Positions 59,156 to 64,000 of a DNA stretch of 64,000 nucleotides are shown here, piece by piece (the stretch's first letter is position 1; every line of letters starts with the position of its first letter). The position numbers were made by a program, and so were the translations under genes. Source of the stretch: Somniosus microcephalus. Lineage: Eukaryota. The notes beneath the pieces were generated by a model, which did no database searches, was not told where the DNA came from, and saw only the letters and a program-made list of their open reading frames with translations. Location: contig CM126222.1 of the NCBI GenBank assembly GCA_052327205.1, positions 57,846,001 to 57,910,000 on the forward strand. The letters run 5' to 3'.

Positions 59156-61065
59156 TAACGCAGCCGAAACAGCACTAGTCACATAGTGCCCATTTGGAAC
59201 AGCCACTAAAGGAGATGTTACCATAAAAATGTACGGAAAAATTTGCACCCCTTGCTCCTCCATTCCCCTCCACCCAATGCACCCACCCCTTGCTTCGTGC
59301 CCCTGTGCTCATTGCCCTTGCTCGCAACCCCAGGAAAGAACCTAGTGCACAACAGCCAGTCAGGAGTCCATCACTGTGCCATCAGTGTGCTGTTGGCAGT
59401 CCTGGCTCATCTTGGGACTTGCGCCTGGATTTACAGATAATTATTCAAATAGGCTGACTTCACTTAATCCAACGAGGGCAACTCATTTTGACAATGGCAC
59501 ACAGCACTGGTGTGGGCCACACTACAGTATCAGCCCCTGGAAATATGAAGGTAGTGTTCCAGTGTAGATGAGATGCAGTTTTGCAATGTTTTGAAAGGTT
59601 GATCATTGAAAAGTAATCGTACTTACCAACATGTGCTAAAATAATCAATAACCAATGGAAGATTTCAGTTTATTTTGTGTCTAACCCACCTCTGTAGCTT
59701 TTAGTTCAGATTAGATGAGATGCTAAAAGCGACCTTTGCATGCCTGAGCCTAGGTAACCCTCATGGACACAGTCCGTGTTCTGATGATTATCATGATATC
59801 TATGGGTGAAATTTCCAACCTCCCATTCTCTGGTCTGGAGTGCAAATCACAAATTAAGCTCTTAACCATGCACGATTTTCCATTCCTTAACATTAATGGA
59901 TGGAAATTCTTTGCCTGAAAGTCTGCTATTTTGGGATATGAATTCCCGACATGAGCCAAGGAGCAGGACAGCAGGATATTTTCAGGCCAACATTAGATGA
60001 CAACCACTTTCACTTCCATAGCTAATCAAAGCAAAGTTAGCAGAATAACTGGGGAACCCGATGGAGTGTTGTGATCCGACGCCCGACTGCACCTGCTTTG
60101 AGATAGTGGAACGAACTCCAGTAGGTGACTTCACCCTCCTTGGCTTTGCACTCATGCCGCTGTTTTTAAAGACAAATATCCAGGTGGACTGTTTATCAAC
60201 TTTTTAATCAACAGCCCTGAAATCAGTACAAACATACGAGAGGGGCTGAATGACACCGTGTGATTTTGGTCTGTGTGGTTCACACCACAGTCTACCCTTG
60301 GCAGTCTGAGAGCAGCAGATATAATATAACAGCGGCCATAATGATTTATCTTTGTGCCCATCAAGGCCACGGTGTCCACTTTGGGCACCCCAAGTCAACA
60401 TTCATAACCCCAGGTTAGAGGTAGCAAGCACAGCCAGATGTAGAGTAAAAGCTCCCTCGACTCTACCCTAAGACGGTGCTTGTACCCCAGACACAGAAGA
60501 GTACCGCCTACTGTACCAGTCAGGGATTTCTTTCCGTTAGCCACATCAACCATACGCAACTCGGAGTGAGATCTGTATTGCAGCACCATTTTGTGCTGAG
60601 CCCGCGTCCACTTGAGACTGCTCCAGCTGGCTTCCCTTTGGATCCTTCCACAAAACAGACAGGAGACTTTCAACCCATTGGTCCGAGCTGAATTGGAATT
60701 TGGGTTTCAGAGAAGAAAAAGCAGTACACTTTCCGAGAGAATACGAAAGGTTTTGATCTCAACCTTTACAATGAAGCACTTCACATCTTGCATGAATTTC
60801 CTAAGTACTATCCATTTAGTGTTGCAGGCAGCAAGTGATTTCCTCATCTTACGCATCAGACTGACGCACTGCAACACCCTGTCCTCCCAGTTGGCTGGTT
60901 TTCATTTTTATCTGTGCTAGAAATAGCTAAATTACCTGTGTGCTGACCACATTTGAATTCCTATATATAAGTTTGGTGTTGCCTTTTACACATAAGTCAG
61001 CCATAAGATTAAAATATAAGAGATCTGTAAATCTGTAATAAAAAAACATTTATTTTTAACATTAG

Positions 61066-61165
61066 GTAACCTATACCAGACGCGGACTTTAACCCCATTC
61101 TCTGAATGCGTGGACATCAACCCTGTGATACGTTCCGTTTTACTGAAACTTATGCTGCATTATAG
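61066..61165 (+). CDS. RNF213: RNF213 exon 31 NLYQTRTLTPFSECVDINPVIRSVLLKLMLHY
   Basis: cattag acceptor, TAG|gtaagg donor, phase 1/2. Confidence 0.92.
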
Positions 61166-61357
61166 GTAAGGGAAAAACAAACTCATTCAATTAAATATCT
61201 AGTTACATGAATTTGACAGAAGACGCTATGTTATGTTTTCAGAGCTTTTACCAGGTATTTCTCTCATGCTCACTGTCAAAGCCTACTCTGAAAGCAAGCC
61301 CCCACTCCCAGTGAACCAGAGTGTGACGATATCTGGTAATATCATGTTGTTACCTGC

Positions 61358-61863
61358 GGGCTGAATTTTCCAGGGCCCCCAGCTGGCCAGCTGCATCAGG
61401 ACACCCGATTGGCATCCACAACTTGCCGATTTTATGTAGATGAGGCCCACTTTGGAGCTAGCCTCGGGATAGCATCTTCGGGCGCACGTTCCAGGCGCCC
61501 TGCCCACGTCATTACGGTTTTCGGCACAAATCCAATTTCATCAGCTTTTGTCGCTCCCAACAAAAAACACAATGGCACATTGTAGATGTTCCACTCACAC
61601 TGATTTAAAGCTACTTCATTCTCATCGATTAACATCAGGAAAAAAGCAAGCAGCTCCACCGCCTCGCAGCTCCCAGGACTTGCTGTGTTGCCGCTGGCAG
61701 TGAGGCAAGCGGCCCAATAGTCATTTCTTCAAATAGGCGAGCTGCCTGTGGAGGCGTGACAAGTGCCGGCAGATTGCCCAATTAATATTCCGGGCCGGCC
61801 TCAGGCCTCTGTGAGCGGCACCCATTTCAGGCCCATTTTCAGGCCTAAAGGAATTTCAACCCC
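61358..61863. mobile_element. Old MITE remnant, Harbinger-like termini
   Basis: GGGCTGAATTTT...GAATTTCAACCC. Confidence 0.5.
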
Positions 61864-62680
61864 AGTTTCTCCCAAGGCTTTCGATAAAAATATATACGGT
61901 AAAATTCTATGACAATAAATAGGACCAATTTCTGAGCTGTCACAGGTATTTTTATCCTACATGTAGTGATTGGGCCTCGTGGCTTCCAACCAGATAGTAG
62001 CAAGCTTGCATCTCAGGACAGCTTGTCACTTAAATCTACCTACTGCAGCTGGGAGTTTAGTTTAATCTCAGCAGCTCATGTTGAGCGCTGGAATTCCTGT
62101 CCTCGCTCGTTTAGGTGAGAAAGTAGATTCTACTATAAAATGGGGGATGCCACATGATGCTCGTGTCCACCTTTTAGTTAAAAGCAGTGAGGACAAGAAT
62201 TTCAATCCCCAAGTAGTTTACATTGCCGTGTTGTCCTTTACACCCTGCGACAAGTCCAACTCCTGTCCACTGAAAGCACTGTATAGACTTGAGGGTAATG
62301 TAGCAGGATTCAAAGTGCACTCTCCAAATAGTTAAATGCAGGGTAGGTGTCTTTACAAAATACCCAAGGGGTTCCCAGGGACTTAAGACTCCCTGCAGAA
62401 TAAAAAGAAAACTGTTTTTGAGACTGCCAGATGTAGTCACTTGGCTTGACTCTGGAGTCAGGTCAGCTAGTTTAGCGTCAGTGAAAAGTGGAAATCACTT
62501 TGCACTGACACAAAATTTGCAGTGTGAATGCAATGGTGAATTGATGAAGCAATGGAAAAGGATGCTTATGTTTACTGCTATAGATTGATAATAAATGGCT
62601 CAAATATATGTAATTCCATACAATATATGAAACACAGAATAAAATGACAGGGTGCTAATGCTTTCTATGTCTCTTGATAG

Positions 62681-62792
62681 TTTTGATAAGGTAAAAGTCT
62701 TTATGCAGACGTACCTCTTAAATCTGGAAGAGAAGATATTCTTGAAAGACGATCTGAAGGAACTCTATCTTCTGTTCATCAAATGTTTTGAG
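62681..62792 (+). CDS. RNF213: RNF213 exon 32 FDKVKVFMQTYL...ELYLLFIKCFE
   Basis: tgatag acceptor, GAG|gtaatg donor, phase 2/0. Confidence 0.92.
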
Positions 62793-62884
62793 GTAATGAG
62801 GAAAGTATTCGGCTATCTCACTCCTAAAGATGGCTTAAAGATTTGGGCGTACCTCTGAATCTTTAAATGTATTTTGCTTTTAAG

Positions 62885-63092
62885 GACTCGGAGTATGGCC
62901 ACTTTGAGCAGCGTGGAGGACTCAATGATGTGGAACTCCTCAAACAGAACTGCCGCTTTGCCAGCAGGTTTGCCAGGCACCAGGTTGCCACCTGTAAAGA
63001 AAATGCTGCAGAATACCTGCAGAACATTGCCAGGCTGCGCTTCTGCTTCAGCCTGACAGCTCAGCTGATGTACGAATCACACAACGGGACAG
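62885..63092 (+). CDS. RNF213: RNF213 exon 33 DSEYG...EYLQNIARLRFCFSLTAQLM
   Basis: tttaag acceptor after a 92-bp intron, CAG|gtaaaa donor, phase 0/1. Confidence 0.92.
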
Positions 63093-63717
63093 GTAAAACA
63101 TTCGAGGTTGACTTTAAATCGTCTTATGCGCTCCATCCCACACAAGCTGTTCTCCAGCCGAAGGGACCTATAAGCCACCCTGCTTCCAGCCTCTCCCAAA
63201 AGCTGCTCTGTCGCTTCAAGCTGGCTACTTCAAGCTGTGTGAGCTTGGTCTAAGCTCACACAGCCGGGCGAGTGCCCACCCTCACTGTGGGAAAGCGCAT
63301 GAGCTGTGCTTGGATTTCTCCCAAACCCCACCCCCGCCCCAGACCCAACTGAGATTGGGAACTCACCACTGAGATGTTATGGCAACTCCGCACCTATTTT
63401 CAACGGGAAATATTACCAATCCAATCTTTTTGACAGTTTCATCTACTCCTCTTGGACAAAAAGTGGAGCTGCCGCAAGTATCAGCACTAGCGGGCATCAA
63501 CTACCTAATCTGTGGGGGATGGAAAAGCATAACTCTCCTCTCCCTGGTATAAGTTCAGTTAATATTTATATTAAGTCAGGCCTTTTTTGCCAACTAAAAT
63601 ATAGACATGTTTATGCATATACAATGTAAATAAGCATGAAATACTACTGAATGCTTTATGGTGTAAGTTATTGCTAAATCCAGTAAGAGAGATGCTGGAG
63701 CAATTGTGGGATAGAAA

Positions 63718-64000
63718 AGAAAGACTTGAAAGGCCAATTTTCAAAATGCAAGACCTCAGGATGTCCCAAAGCACTTACAGTCAATTAAGCGCTTTTGAAG
63801 TGTAATCACTGTTGTAATTTAGGAAACGTGGCAGCCAATTTGCACACACAATGTGATAATGACCAGATAATTTTTTTTTTTAGTGATGTTTGGTTCAGGG
63901 ATAATTGTTGGCTCGGACAGCAGGGACAGGTCCCCTGCTCTTCGAATAGTGCCGGGGGATCTTTTACATCCACCATCGTCTCATCTGAAAGATGGCACCT
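63718..64000 (-). mobile_element. Deu-domain SINE, cut by the window end
   Basis: Collinear with 21400..21725. Confidence 0.78.

Larger units (their letters stand above)
4858..63092 (+). other. RNF213: RNF213 (mysterin)-family gene, partial: 33 coding exons, about 3,360 codons, 5' and 3' ends outside the window
   Basis: Chained exons have compatible phases and an open frame. Recognisable RNF213 peptides include FVDLASISAGEND, YYLNYYTAEQIVYL, IMGETGCGKT, LVGKPGSSKSLAK, IFGSSFPKDQEYTQICRN, VTTFSRLL, FDTEYSF, plus a C3HC4 RING. Confidence 0.97.

Overview
Vertebrate genomic DNA, very probably from a shark or other elasmobranch, judged from HE1/V-SINE-, Deu-SINE-, CR1- and Penelope-type repeats recognised from memory. 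The window lies inside one large + strand gene, an RNF213 (mysterin) family AAA+ ATPase/E3 ligase. I traced 33 consecutive, phase-compatible coding exons by hand (4858..63092, about 10.1 kb or 3,360 codons). They run from the N-terminal stalk through the AAA ring (GVGKS, GETGCGKT/FFDE and GKPGSSKS/VLDE motifs; one 3,531-bp exon) to an intact C3HC4 RING. Start and stop codons lie outside the window. Introns are full of CR1, L2, RTE and Penelope-like retroelement fragments, tRNA-derived SINEs, PIF/Harbinger-like and Tigger-like MITEs, and a 2.46-kb G-rich 26-bp minisatellite. Best leads: (i) Penelope-derived repeats carrying minimal hammerhead ribozyme cores, one intact on the pre-mRNA sense strand, plus tiny fold-back insertions with long TSDs; (ii) a GC-AG intron with a competing in-frame GT donor; (iii) several exons whose first bases rebuild a 5' splice site; (iv) an acidic tandem-repeat insertion in the protein; (v) a MITE multimerising RFX X-box-like palindromes. 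All calls were made by eye without database searches. I found no clearly new multi-gene system, and most short ORFs in the track are repeat-derived noise.
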